The notes below the pieces were generated by a model. The model had not been told where the DNA came from. It saw nothing but the letters and a program-made list of their open reading frames with translations, and made no database searches. 64,000 bases of DNA, taken from assembly GCA_029881495.1 (NCBI GenBank), contig JAOUMJ010000002.1:2087-66086 (forward strand), in the 5' to 3' direction. The DNA is from Nitrospinota bacterium. GTDB taxonomy: Bacteria; Nitrospinota_A; UBA7883; JACRGQ01. The position numbers were made by a program, and so were the translations under genes. The stretch's first letter is position 1; each line of letters opens with the position of its first letter. This document shows positions 45,103 to 56,210 of this stretch, one piece after another.

Positions 45103-46008
45103 ATGGCACATCGTAATATTTCTCTCATAGCGTTTATTTTGTTATCAACTGTCATGATGTCGTTTTCGAATGTTCGCGCGGAGGAGACGGTTGGAAAAAT
45201 TAAAGCCGACTTCATGAATCATCCCGTGCTGGCCGCCGAAAACTTCAGCGTGGAGATCAAGGATTTCAAGCAGGGTTTCCTGTCTCTCTATATACCGAGG
45301 CACCCAGGCAAAACAATGGACGATATGGAATCATCCTACGGGAAAAAATGGAAGGATTTGATGGAGAAGGCTGAGGCTCTCGCGCTTAAAAATCCCGAGG
45401 TAAGGGACGTAACATGGTTCGTGAAGGGAGATGGGGGTAGCGAAGACGCCATATATTACTATAAGCGACGCTATTTCACTGAATGGACAGCCCACATACA
45501 TATGGGCGGAGGAGAGCTTTCATGGGCTGGTGACACGTCCTGGGATGGCGGCTCGACCAAGGAGGTGTGGGCGTCAAGTTTTGATATAGGGAAGAAAAGC
45601 TGGCCCGCTCTTCTCCACTTCAGCTCCACCGGAACAGCCGCAAGGTTTGCACTGACCGGCGGAAGCGGCGACCGATACCGCGTTCACGAAAGTTCATTCG
45701 GTTTCAGGAGATATTTCTCCTTAATGGGGATCTCGCCGTACCTTGGCGCTGGCGGAACTCTGGTGACTGTAAGCGCGGACTATTACATGAACAGCCAGAA
45801 CAACAATACAAATAACGCAAATATGATCGACGATGTTACTTCTTCGAAAGGTGGATACGTCAATCTCGGAATAATGAAGAAAATGGGAAAATATTTTGAG
45901 GCCGGGATAGACGCCAAGGCAGTGCGAGGCGAAAAGGTTACGGTCGAATTGATTGAAAATGACATCAATTACAACTCGGCATCGGTATTCGTGGGATTCG
46001 GGTTTTAG
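45103..46008 (+). CDS. secreted putative outer-membrane beta-barrel protein
   Basis: Signal peptide ...SNVRA-EE. Alternating amphipathic strands. C-terminus VFVGFGF with terminal Phe, typical of the BAM-substrate signature. Confidence 0.55.
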   Translation: MAHRNISLIAFILLSTVMMSFSNVRAEETVGKIKADFMNHPVLAAENFSVEIKDFKQGFLSLYIPRHPGKTMDDMESSYGKKWKDLMEKAEALALKNPEVRDVTWFVKGDGGSEDAIYYYKRRYFTEWTAHIHMGGGELSWAGDTSWDGGSTKEVWASSFDIGKKSWPALLHFSSTGTAARFALTGGSGDRYRVHESSFGFRRYFSLMGISPYLGAGGTLVTVSADYYMNSQNNNTNNANMIDDVTSSKGGYVNLGIMKKMGKYFEAGIDAKAVRGEKVTVELIENDINYNSASVFVGFGF

Positions 46009-46084
46009 CCGGATAGTATAAAACGCCTGAACGGCGGAAGCCGTTCAGGCATCGGCGACCGGTTTCATGATGAAGCGGATCCGT

Positions 46085-46696
46085 TTAAACGCGTTTCCTC
46101 GCTTCGAAGAGTTTAACCATGTCCAGGTAGATGTTGTATTCCCTCGTAATCCTGAATCCCGCCTTCTCTACATTCTCGCCGGTGCGGCGATTGATGTCGG
46201 GCCCCATAAGCGAAATTAGCGGAGCCATTATATCCATCATTGTTCCAAGGAGCAGGTTCGACGGCCGCACATGCTCGAACATCAGGAGCGTGCCGTCGTC
46301 CTTCATTACCCTGTGCAGTTCGCGAAGGCCTTTCACAGGATCGGGAACGGAGCAGAAGGTGCATGAGGTGACAATCGTATCGAATGATCTGTCCTTGACG
46401 CCTAGTTCCTGCACGTCGGCGTGAAGTAGTTTTACGCCCCTTCCTGTCCTCCGGATCTTTTTTCCGGCCTCTTCAAGCATTTTTTCGGAGAAGTCGACTG
46501 CGGTAAGCTCCACGTTGTCCGGTATGTACGGAAGGTCGAGGCCTGTGCCGACGGCTACAAGCATCACCCTCCCTCTGCACCTGGAGAACCACTCCTTCTT
46601 GAAGCGTCCGTATCTCTTCTCAACGCCGACGCTGAATTTGTCAAAGCCGGGGGCAGACTTGTCCCACTTCGCCGAAGCCTTTTTAACGCTGGTCAT
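46085..46696 (-). CDS. class I SAM-dependent methyltransferase (UbiE/Methyltransf_11-like)
   Basis: VMLVAVGTGLD motif I. DTIVTSCTFCSVPD. Start placed at MTSVKK to avoid a 23-codon overlap with the upstream gene. Confidence 0.75.
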   Translation of the reverse strand: MTSVKKASAKWDKSAPGFDKFSVGVEKRYGRFKKEWFSRCRGRVMLVAVGTGLDLPYIPDNVELTAVDFSEKMLEEAGKKIRRTGRGVKLLHADVQELGVKDRSFDTIVTSCTFCSVPDPVKGLRELHRVMKDDGTLLMFEHVRPSNLLLGTMMDIMAPLISLMGPDINRRTGENVEKAGFRITREYNIYLDMVKLFEARKRV

Positions 46697-47081
46697 CGCT
46701 TTCCGGTCTCGCCGTTTCGCCGTGAAGCTTCGCGTCGTAAATATGGAACACGAATTGAACGACAACGGCGATAATTACACCTGTTATTGTCAGCGAGGCA
46801 AAGGGTATCTCGCCGTCTCCCTTCATCGCGGATATCATCCCGGCGACCATTCCGATTATCATCCCCGGCATGAGGATGTCGAAACTGGTAGAAACGCGGA
46901 TGAACGCGACAAGGACAGGTATCTGCACAAGCATCCCTATAAACATGCCGAGAAACATCGCGATGGCGTGATGGAGAGTGGCTGGGAGTATAAGCGCTGG
47001 GGTAATGGCGGCGAGGATGCCGATGGATATGGAGGCGGTGTAATCGTATAGTCTGAAAAGTCTCAGTTCGTCAGGTTGCAT
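46683..47081 (-). CDS. hypothetical polytopic membrane protein (132 aa)
   Basis: Three or four hydrophobic segments rich in Gly and Met. No known family recognised. Confidence 0.45.
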   Translation of the reverse strand: MQPDELRLFRLYDYTASISIGILAAITPALILPATLHHAIAMFLGMFIGMLVQIPVLVAFIRVSTSFDILMPGMIIGMVAGMISAMKGDGEIPFASLTITGVIIAVVVQFVFHIYDAKLHGETARPESDDQR

Positions 47082-47179
47082 CAGATTAATATAGCCACTG
47101 TTTTGATCATATGAAAGGGATTTCGGAATTGCGAAAGTGCGTCATGGAAAAGCCGGCCTGCAGGGACTACTATATGGGT

Positions 47180-47549
47180 GGAGGCGGACGGATGGTCGCC
47201 TTGCCGCTTTACCGCGGTGGGGAGGAAAGTCCGGACACCGCAGAGCAGGGCACTTCCTAACAGGAAGCGGGAGCGATCCCAGGGAAAGTACCACAGAAAA
47301 TATACCGCCCGCCTATGGCGGGTAAGGGTGAAATGGCGAGGTAAGAGCTCACCGGGTCTGCGGCGACGCAGGCCGCATGGCAAACCCTGCCCGGTGCAAG
47401 GCCAAATAGGGGAGCGCGCCCCGCAAGGGGCAGGAGGCGGCTCGCCTTCGGCTCCCGGGTAGGCCGCACGACGTTGCCGGCAACGGCAATGCTAGAGGAA
47501 TGACCGTCGCCCCGAAAGGGGTACAGAATCCGGCTTACAGTCCGCCTCC
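47180..47549 (+). ncRNA. rnpB: RNase P RNA (bacterial type A)
   Basis: P1 helix ggaggcggac...gtccgcctcc. Conserved blocks GGAGGAAAGTCCGGAC, ACAGAAAATATACCGCC, GGTAAGGGTGAAATGGCGAGGTAAGAGCTCACC, GCAAGGCCAAATAGGGG, CCGGGTAGG and ACAGAATCCGGCTTA, all in canonical order. Confidence 0.92.
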
Positions 47550-47640
47550 ATTTATTGCTAAACGGATGAGGTTGCATTCAGAGACAGATACAGTGAAATG
47601 ATATTTCCCGCGCCGGGGCAGGGGGCGGTTCGGCAGAGGA

Positions 47641-48363
47641 TCAGCTGGCGGTCTGGAAAAGCCTGGGGGAGTAGAGGAACCTGCTACAGCTTGGGCAGGT
47701 ATGTATGGCGGAGCCGGTGTTTATTTCAACGATCATCTGCGGTCTGACCGTGGTGTTGCAGACGGTGCAGATATCCTCTTTCAGTTCCGAAACCGCGATA
47801 CCAGCCCTGCTTTTGAGAAGGCTGTCATATTTCTTTGCGTATGAGTTGTCGACGCGCGCGTAGATGTCATTCCTGCTTGCTATGAGCGCATCCTTTTCGG
47901 ATTTCACTTCGGCGATGCGGGCGTCGTTCTCCGATTTTATCTTCGAAAACGCTTTTTCTTCTTCGGTGACTTTTTTCTTTAGTTCTTCCTGCTTTGAGGC
48001 GCTGGAGTCTACCTCTTCCATCAGTTCCAGTTGTTCGTCCTCCAACAGGCCTACGGCGGCGGTAAGGTTTTCTATCTCTTTCAGGGCGGCGGTATATTCC
48101 TGATTGGTTTTTATCTCGTGAAGTTTGGTCTTTGCCTTGGCTACGGCGGCATTTTTGTCTTCGACTTCCTTCTCCTTTTGGAGCCGTGATTTCTTTTTCG
48201 CTTCGATCTCCTTCTGGAAAGTCGCAAATTCCTCTTTGGCTTTATCCATATCCATGGAATGTGCCTTGATCTCCTCCGGGAGCGATACGAGAAGGTTGTC
48301 GATAGTTTTTATCTTGTCGTCTATTTTCTGAAGTTCTACCAGCTGTTCAAGTATGTTTACCAC
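47641..48363 (-). CDS. COG1579-type coiled-coil protein with C-terminal C4 zinc ribbon
   Basis: Long heptad-rich region followed by CTVCNTTVRP...HTCPSCSRFL. Canonical upstream neighbour of Nif3. Confidence 0.75.
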   Translation of the reverse strand: MVNILEQLVELQKIDDKIKTIDNLLVSLPEEIKAHSMDMDKAKEEFATFQKEIEAKKKSRLQKEKEVEDKNAAVAKAKTKLHEIKTNQEYTAALKEIENLTAAVGLLEDEQLELMEEVDSSASKQEELKKKVTEEEKAFSKIKSENDARIAEVKSEKDALIASRNDIYARVDNSYAKKYDSLLKSRAGIAVSELKEDICTVCNTTVRPQMIVEINTGSAIHTCPSCSRFLYSPRLFQTAS

Positions 48364-48373
48364 GCCTTGTGTC

Positions 48374-49144
48374 CTATAAGTAATCGTACAGTTCTTTTTC
48401 GTTGAAGAGAGTAATTCTAATATTTTTTTTCAATTTTGTCAGATTCTTTTTCAGATAGTTCCCGACAAGCGGAACCATATGCTTTTCGGTGCCGAGATGC
48501 CCGGCATCAATGACCGGAAAGCCGAGTTCGTTACACTCTACTCCGTTGTGATGTTTTACATCGCCCGTTACAAGAATATCTGCTCCTGCTTCAAGCGAGC
48601 CGGTGACAAGATCTCCTCCGCTTCCGGTGCAGACGGCGACATTTTTCACTTTTTTCGCCGGTCCGTAATGCCTTACTCCGGCAAGTGAGAGATTTTTTTT
48701 GACAGTTTCCGCAAATTGGTGCGAATCGACCGTTTTCGATACCTCTCCTATTCTGAAAATGATGCCGTCTCCGGCTACCGCGCGGATCTTTTTAAGGCCG
48801 AGGAGTTCTGCCACATACTGGTTTAGGCCGTTCGGCGCCGAGTCGAGGTTTGTGTGCATAGCGTATAGCGAGATGTTGTTTTTCAGTAGGCGGGCAAGGA
48901 TGTTTCCGGTTGCGCTTTCGATATTGACGGCTTTCAGCGGAGTAAATATGAGAGGGTGATGAACGATTATCAGGTTTGCACCGGTATTTATAGCGGTATC
49001 GACGACATCGCTTGTGGCGTCCAGCGCGACGACGATACCCTTTACGGAGATGTTGCCGCTTCCTGCCAGAAGGCCGATGTTATCAAATGGTGACGCTGAA
49101 GCAGGAGGCGCAAGTTTTTCCAGAAGGGGGATGAGTGTTCTCAC
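48374..49144 (-). CDS. Nif3-family dinuclear-metal-centre protein (YqfO/YbgI-like)
   Basis: NIGLLAGSG..VVALDATSDVVDTAI..NLIIVHHPLIF signature. GTG start at 49144 has a GGAG RBS 9 nt upstream and avoids overlap with the mrcA 3' end. Confidence 0.8.
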   Translation of the reverse strand: MRTLIPLLEKLAPPASASPFDNIGLLAGSGNISVKGIVVALDATSDVVDTAINTGANLIIVHHPLIFTPLKAVNIESATGNILARLLKNNISLYAMHTNLDSAPNGLNQYVAELLGLKKIRAVAGDGIIFRIGEVSKTVDSHQFAETVKKNLSLAGVRHYGPAKKVKNVAVCTGSGGDLVTGSLEAGADILVTGDVKHHNGVECNELGFPVIDAGHLGTEKHMVPLVGNYLKKNLTKLKKNIRITLFNEKELYDYL

Positions 49145-49187
49145 CTGTAGTCTCCGGGGTAATGCAGGAAAGCAGACCCCGGCATTT

Positions 49188-51662
49188 TCATGACCGCGGC
49201 GCGGGCGGGATATATTCCAGAGGAACCTGCCCTTCCTTGAATGATTCAAACATTGCGTTTGGATTATCCGGCGTGGCGAGCGCGCCCGTTTCAGAATCGA
49301 TCCTTACGAAAACGATATTTTGCGGAGGGATGAACGGTGTCTTTGGCGCTTCGTTTACCATGTATTTCATGTAATTTAGCCAGATAGGCGCGGCGGCACG
49401 GGCGCCTGTTTCGTTCATGCCGAGGGTCTCTTCCCTGTCTTTTCCTATCCAGACGCCGCAAACCATCCCAGGAGTGTATCCAATGAACCATGCGTCGAGA
49501 AAATCGTTCGTAGTGCCGGTTTTTCCCCCGGCTGGAACTCCGATGGAGCGGACCGAAGTGGCCGTTCCTTCGGTGACCACCGACCTCATGATGCTGTTCA
49601 TAAGATAGGCTACATCTTCCGGGATAACCTGTTTTGGATTTGGGGCATGTTCTTCGATAACGGTTCCGTCGGGAGCTTCTATCCTGTTTATGAAATACGG
49701 CTCGTTCCTTACCCCGCCGTTGGCAAAAACGCCGAAGACGGACACCATCTCCTGGAGGGTTACGCTGGAAGCGCCGAGCGCGAGGGAGAGATTGTCGTCC
49801 AGGTGGGATTCAATTCCGAGCTTGCGCGCCCAGTCGATGACATACGGGATGCCTATCCTGTCGAGTACCTTTATCGTAACGATGTTTCGTGAATGCGTAA
49901 CCGCCTTGCGGATTGTAGTAGGGCCGAAAAATTTCTGATTGAAGTTGACCGGCTTCCAGTTCTTGAAATCGCTTATATCCTTTTCGAAGATGATCGGAGC
50001 GTCGATAACTATAGTTGCCGGCGTATATCCCTTGTTCAGGGCGGCGGAGTAGATGATCGGCTTGAACGAGGAGCCAACCTGCCGTTTTGCCTGCACGGTC
50101 CTGTTGAAGGAGCTTTTCTCGTAATCATATCCGCCTACCATTGAAAGGATCGAGCCGGTCTTGTAGTCGATGCTTAATATCGCCCCTTGAACGGTCGGCT
50201 CCTGGTCGAGGAAAAAGGCAATGGTGCCATCCTCTTCATTTTCGATGGTTCGCACTTCAATGACGTCCCCCTCATTGAGATTCAATTCGGTGGCATCGGT
50301 AACCCTCTTGGCGAAATAGCCGTCTTCCTCCGGATTTGGTGGATGCGCCCATTTGAATCCAGGTTGTTCGATCAGACGTATATAGCCGTTTATCTCGATG
50401 AGGATATACTCCTTCTCAACCCCTTTTACTATTGCTCGCAACCTTTTTCCCGGTTTGAACCAGTCGTTTTCATCCATGTTTACAAGCTGAGGATTGAGTT
50501 TCTCCCAATTTAGTTGCGGATTGTCCCTGAACTCCTTTTCAGAGTCCCACCCTGTATATCCCTGCCATACGGTTTCAGTTTCAGTCCCTTCCTCGGAATC
50601 GGTATCCGTATCGGAGTCGGTGGATTCCCCGGTCTTTATCGGGTCTATTTCGCCAGTATCCATGTTCCAGCGGCCGACAGGCCCCCGGTATCCGAGCCGT
50701 CTGTCGGTGATCTCTATTCCTCTTTCCAGCGCTTCCTGAGCCTTTTTCTGCCATGAGAGATTCAGCGTGGTTACTATTTTCAGGCCGTTATGGTAGAGGT
50801 TTTTTGTCCCATACTCGTTTTCAATATATCTGCGCACATGCTCGGCGAAGAAGGGGGCCTTGTTCAGTTGCGGTTTTTTCTCGGCCAATTCAATAAAGTC
50901 GTATTTTGCGCTCATTGCTTCGCCTGCCGATATGTATCCAAGCTCGGCCATCCGCACGATAACCAGGTTTTTCCTGTTTTCGGCAGCTTCCATATCGTTA
51001 AAAGGGGAGAAGGCGTTTGGTGATTTTGGAAGCCCGGCGAGGATGGCCATTTCCGCAAGAGAAAGCTCTTCCACCGATTTGTCGAAGTAGAGTTGCGATG
51101 CCGCCTCAACTCCATAACAGCCGTGACCGTAATAAATCTGATTTAGGTATATCTCCAGTATCTCGTTTTTAGTTAGATTCTTTTCAATCTGGAGGGAGAG
51201 GAGAACTTCCTTTATCTTTCTTTTGAAAGTGCGCTCGCGCGTGAGGTATAGGAGCTTGGCGACCTGTTGTGTGATGGTGCTTCCTCCCTGCACGATGGTG
51301 CCTGCCTTGAAATTGACGATCGCCGCTCTGGCGATACCCCACAGGTCTATGCCATGGTGATTGTAAAAGTTGTCATCCTCTATCGCGAGGCTCGCCAGCT
51401 TCATGAGTTCCGGTATTTCATCGAGCGAGCGGAGGATACGCTTTTCTATGTAATATTCCGCGATCTTTTCCTCGGTAACGTCGTATATGGTGGTTATCAG
51501 GGAAGGGGAATAGTTCTTCATCTCCTTTACGTCGGGTATTGCCGCGCTCAGCCTGAAATAGGCCAAAGTAATCATCAGCACGGCCGCGCCAGCGAAAAAA
51601 AAGCTCAGATACGCGATAACGTCCAGGAATTTATTTCTTTTTCCGCTTTTCTTTTTTGTCAT
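49188..51662 (-). CDS. mrcA: bifunctional class A penicillin-binding protein 1A (glycosyltransferase GT51 plus transpeptidase)
   Basis: GT51 motifs EDDNFYNHHGID, GGSTITQQ and KEVLLSLQIE. Transpeptidase SSFK, SxN and KTGTT motifs. Confidence 0.92.
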   Translation of the reverse strand: MTKKKSGKRNKFLDVIAYLSFFFAGAAVLMITLAYFRLSAAIPDVKEMKNYSPSLITTIYDVTEEKIAEYYIEKRILRSLDEIPELMKLASLAIEDDNFYNHHGIDLWGIARAAIVNFKAGTIVQGGSTITQQVAKLLYLTRERTFKRKIKEVLLSLQIEKNLTKNEILEIYLNQIYYGHGCYGVEAASQLYFDKSVEELSLAEMAILAGLPKSPNAFSPFNDMEAAENRKNLVIVRMAELGYISAGEAMSAKYDFIELAEKKPQLNKAPFFAEHVRRYIENEYGTKNLYHNGLKIVTTLNLSWQKKAQEALERGIEITDRRLGYRGPVGRWNMDTGEIDPIKTGESTDSDTDTDSEEGTETETVWQGYTGWDSEKEFRDNPQLNWEKLNPQLVNMDENDWFKPGKRLRAIVKGVEKEYILIEINGYIRLIEQPGFKWAHPPNPEEDGYFAKRVTDATELNLNEGDVIEVRTIENEEDGTIAFFLDQEPTVQGAILSIDYKTGSILSMVGGYDYEKSSFNRTVQAKRQVGSSFKPIIYSAALNKGYTPATIVIDAPIIFEKDISDFKNWKPVNFNQKFFGPTTIRKAVTHSRNIVTIKVLDRIGIPYVIDWARKLGIESHLDDNLSLALGASSVTLQEMVSVFGVFANGGVRNEPYFINRIEAPDGTVIEEHAPNPKQVIPEDVAYLMNSIMRSVVTEGTATSVRSIGVPAGGKTGTTNDFLDAWFIGYTPGMVCGVWIGKDREETLGMNETGARAAAPIWLNYMKYMVNEAPKTPFIPPQNIVFVRIDSETGALATPDNPNAMFESFKEGQVPLEYIPPAPRS

Positions 51663-52396
51663 TTCATTCTCTTTATCTGTTCATCTCTTAACATTTGCAG
51701 GTCTACCCATGCAAGTTTCTTCATATTCGGCGAGCGGAGCAGAAACGAAGGGTGATAGGTCGGAATAAGCGGGACGCCGTGGTAATCGTGCAGTCTACCC
51801 CGCATATTTCCGATAGATTCATCCGTTTTAAGCAGCGTCTGGGCCGCATGTGTGCCGAGGGCGCATATTATCACAGGTTTCACCGCTTTTATCTGTTCGA
51901 TGAGAAAATGTTCGCATGCCGCCACTTCATCAGGCTTTGGGTCGCGGTTTCCAGGGGGACGGCATTTAAGGACGTTTGCTATGAATACCTCTTCCCTTTT
52001 AAATCCGATTGCCGCGATCATTTTCGTAAGTAGGTTCCCCGCGCGCCCCACGAACGGTTTCCCCTGTTTGTCCTCTTCCTCCCCTGGCGCCTCGCCTACG
52101 AACATTATCCTTGCCTGCGGGTTTCCGGTTCCGAAAACAACCATGTTCCTGGTTTTGTGTAGACCGCATGCTACGCACGCTTCAACTTCCGTTTGCAATG
52201 ACGAGAGGTTAAATGTTCGCGGAGTTTCTGCGGAATCCACCACAGCTACGGGATTCTCACTTTGCCTTTCGACCTGCTTGGCAACCGGTGAGAGAACTGC
52301 GGTATCCCCTTGGGCCGGCTCGACATACTCTATGCCAATCGATTTCAGAAAGGAAAAATATGCAATTCCCTTTTTCAGCGCTTCTTCTTTTTCCAT
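51659..52396 (-). CDS. family 4 uracil-DNA glycosylase
   Basis: CxxC Fe-S ligands (CVACGLH). GEAPGEEEDKQGKPFVGRAG motif. C-terminal HPS motif (YHPSFLLR). Confidence 0.88.
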   Translation of the reverse strand: MEKEEALKKGIAYFSFLKSIGIEYVEPAQGDTAVLSPVAKQVERQSENPVAVVDSAETPRTFNLSSLQTEVEACVACGLHKTRNMVVFGTGNPQARIMFVGEAPGEEEDKQGKPFVGRAGNLLTKMIAAIGFKREEVFIANVLKCRPPGNRDPKPDEVAACEHFLIEQIKAVKPVIICALGTHAAQTLLKTDESIGNMRGRLHDYHGVPLIPTYHPSFLLRSPNMKKLAWVDLQMLRDEQIKRMK

Positions 52397-52421
52397 CTAG
52401 GGATAAGATTGTACACTTTTT

Positions 52422-53645
52422 TCATCCGCCTTTGCCGAGAACATAGGAATCCTTTGAACCGCTCAGCTGGGTAACCTTATCAAGAACCTTCTGGGCAAGG
52501 ACTCTTTTCGGGAGTCTCCCGGTCTTTTCAAGCTCCTGTGTGCGCGATATGAATGTCAGCTCGTTGAATTCGCTGTCAAATCCGATATCGTTCCTGCTCA
52601 CGTCGTTGAGGCATATAAGGTCGATATTTTTCTTCAGCATTTTTTCCCTGGCGTTTTGTATCCAGTTATCGGTCTCCGCGGCAAACCCTACTATGAATTG
52701 ACCCTTCTTCCTGATCCCGATCTCCTTGAGGATGTCGGGATTTGGCGAAAGCGGGATTGTCATCTCGGCCGTTTCTTTCTTGATCTTCGAGTCGTATATC
52801 TTGGCCGGGCGGAAGTCGGCAACAGCGGCGGCCATAATTAGAATGTCGCATGAGGGGAAGAGATTTGAAACCTCGCTGAACATCTCCTCAGCCTGCCTTA
52901 TGCCGATATTTTTTGTGGTTTCGGGGAGCGGTTCCGAAATGGAGCCGTGGATAAGGGTCACGTCGGCGCCACGTTCCGCGGCGGCAATGGCGATGGCTAT
53001 ACCCATTTTCCCCGATGACCGGTTGGATATATAGCGGACGGAATCTATCGGCTCCTCCGTTCTCCCGGCGGTAACGACGATTTTTTTCCCTTCGAGATCG
53101 TTTTCCAGCCCAAGGCCGTGTTCAACGATGGCAAGTAGTCTTTCCAGGCCGGGAAGCCTCCCTTCACCGGCTTCACCGCATGCCATATCCCCCTCATCGG
53201 GCTGGATGATCTGGCATCCTCTTCGCTTCAGTGTGAGGAGGTTTTCCTTTACCGCGCTGTTGTTGTACATCCGTGGGTTCATCGAAGGGGCGATATAGGG
53301 AGGGGTGACCAGCGCGAGTGATATTGTGGTCAGCGGGTCGTCGGCAATCCCTCCGGCAAGTTTTCCGATGATGTTTGCGGTCGCGGGGGCAATAAGAGCC
53401 ATGTCGTAGTGTAGGCTCTCGGAAAGGTGCAAAAGTGGATCATCCTGATTGCTCCAATCATGAACCCAGACCTTGTTACCGGAAACGGCCTCCATGGTGA
53501 GAGGGGTCACGAATTTTTCCGCACTTCTGGTCATGACAACCCTTACGTCAATACCCTTTTTTTTCAGCATTCTGACGAAATCGGGCATTTTATATGCGGC
53601 TATCCCCCCACTGATGCCAAGAAGCACCTTCTTCCTTCTTCCCAT
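52422..53645 (-). CDS. coaBC: bifunctional phosphopantothenoylcysteine decarboxylase/phosphopantothenate-cysteine ligase
   Basis: N-terminal flavoprotein (LLGISGGIAAYK) and C-terminal DFP ligase domain (TAGRTEEPIDSVRYISNRSSGKMG). Confidence 0.92.
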   Translation of the reverse strand: MGRRKKVLLGISGGIAAYKMPDFVRMLKKKGIDVRVVMTRSAEKFVTPLTMEAVSGNKVWVHDWSNQDDPLLHLSESLHYDMALIAPATANIIGKLAGGIADDPLTTISLALVTPPYIAPSMNPRMYNNSAVKENLLTLKRRGCQIIQPDEGDMACGEAGEGRLPGLERLLAIVEHGLGLENDLEGKKIVVTAGRTEEPIDSVRYISNRSSGKMGIAIAIAAAERGADVTLIHGSISEPLPETTKNIGIRQAEEMFSEVSNLFPSCDILIMAAAVADFRPAKIYDSKIKKETAEMTIPLSPNPDILKEIGIRKKGQFIVGFAAETDNWIQNAREKMLKKNIDLICLNDVSRNDIGFDSEFNELTFISRTQELEKTGRLPKRVLAQKVLDKVTQLSGSKDSYVLGKGG

Positions 53646-53800
53646 TACTACATTGTAACCGAGGGAAATGTCGTTTCAAAATAACATCGTGTTCCTACTC
53701 TGTTTTCTTTTATGACAAAGAGAGTTTGCATGAAGATTCACAGAACCTACATGTGGGAAATGTGGAGGGGGAGGGGAGAGTTTAAGAAAATATAGTTTAG

Positions 53801-53832
53801 AAAAAAAGCCCCGGCAATCTGATTGCCGGGGC
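53801..53832 (-). terminator. intrinsic terminator downstream of groEL
   Basis: On the minus strand a perfect 12-bp inverted repeat (gccccggcaatc / gattgccggggc) is followed by a T7 run. It lies 40 nt after the groEL stop. Confidence 0.8.
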
Positions 53833-53870
53833 GAGGAATGTTTTCCTTTGTGCCTAATCTGGGAGGGGGC

Positions 53871-55544
<1,674 letters not shown>

Positions 55545-55581
55545 TTAAAAGATTGTTGTTTGTTAATAGCTGAAAACCGGT

Positions 55582-55875
55582 TTATGCGATAACTCCAAGG
55601 ATGTCGTCTTCCCTGAGAAGGAGGTATTCCACGTCGTCATATTTGATCTCGGTACCTGCATACTTGCCGTATATCACCTTGTCGCCAACCTTGACCGACA
55701 TAGGCTGAATATTGCCATCATCCTTGGTTCTGCCAGGTCCGACCGCCACAACCGAGCCTTCAACCGGTTTTTCCTTGGCTGTGTCGGGGATGATGATCCC
55801 GCTTTTTCGTACTTCTTCCTCTTTCGAGGGCTGTATAAGAACCCTGTCTCCGAGAGGTTTTATTTTGACTGCCAT
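55582..55875 (-). CDS. groS: co-chaperonin GroES
   Basis: [15 protein letters not shown]... 97 aa. AGGAGG RBS 5 nt upstream. The ORF track's longer N-terminal extension is unlikely. Confidence 0.93.
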   Translation of the reverse strand: MAVKIKPLGDRVLIQPSKEEEVRKSGIIIPDTAKEKPVEGSVVAVGPGRTKDDGNIQPMSVKVGDKVIYGKYAGTEIKYDDVEYLLLREDDILGVIA

Positions 55876-55977
55876 TAACTGTCCTCCTAAATAAAATAAG
55901 ATATTTCTTGTTATGGAAAAGGCTTGCGCCCCCCTCTTCACACTTTAAAAACAAGTATATCAATGAGATATACTGCT

Positions 55978-56004
55978 TTAGCACTCAATATGCCAAAGTG
56001 CTAA
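55978..56004. promoter_or_regulatory. CIRCE operator (HrcA binding site) upstream of groES
   Basis: TTAGCACTC-aatatgcca-AAGTGCTAA, with one mismatch to the consensus TTAGCACTC-N9-GAGTGCTAA. Lies 103 nt upstream of the groES start. Confidence 0.85.
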
Positions 56005-56210
56005 TAAGATAATAATACCCCGTTGGGAAAAAGCAAGCTCCAGGGCAGAAAAAAGTCGCTATTTTTTTCCGAAATTTTGCGAAGGCGGGGGGCGGGGAAA
56101 AGTAAATTATCAAGCGATTCATCCGGTTTTCCGATAAGTGAAAAGAGGGAAATATTTTTTAATGCAGGATTTTAATGTAAAATACCAGAGAAAGAGAACT
56201 ATTTGAAAAG

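Noticed and set aside
47081-47577. ORFs 47081..47383, 47137..47325, 47178..47462 and 47257..47577
   Set aside because: They overlap the RNase P RNA gene. All conserved rnpB sequence blocks are present, so these are not protein-coding.
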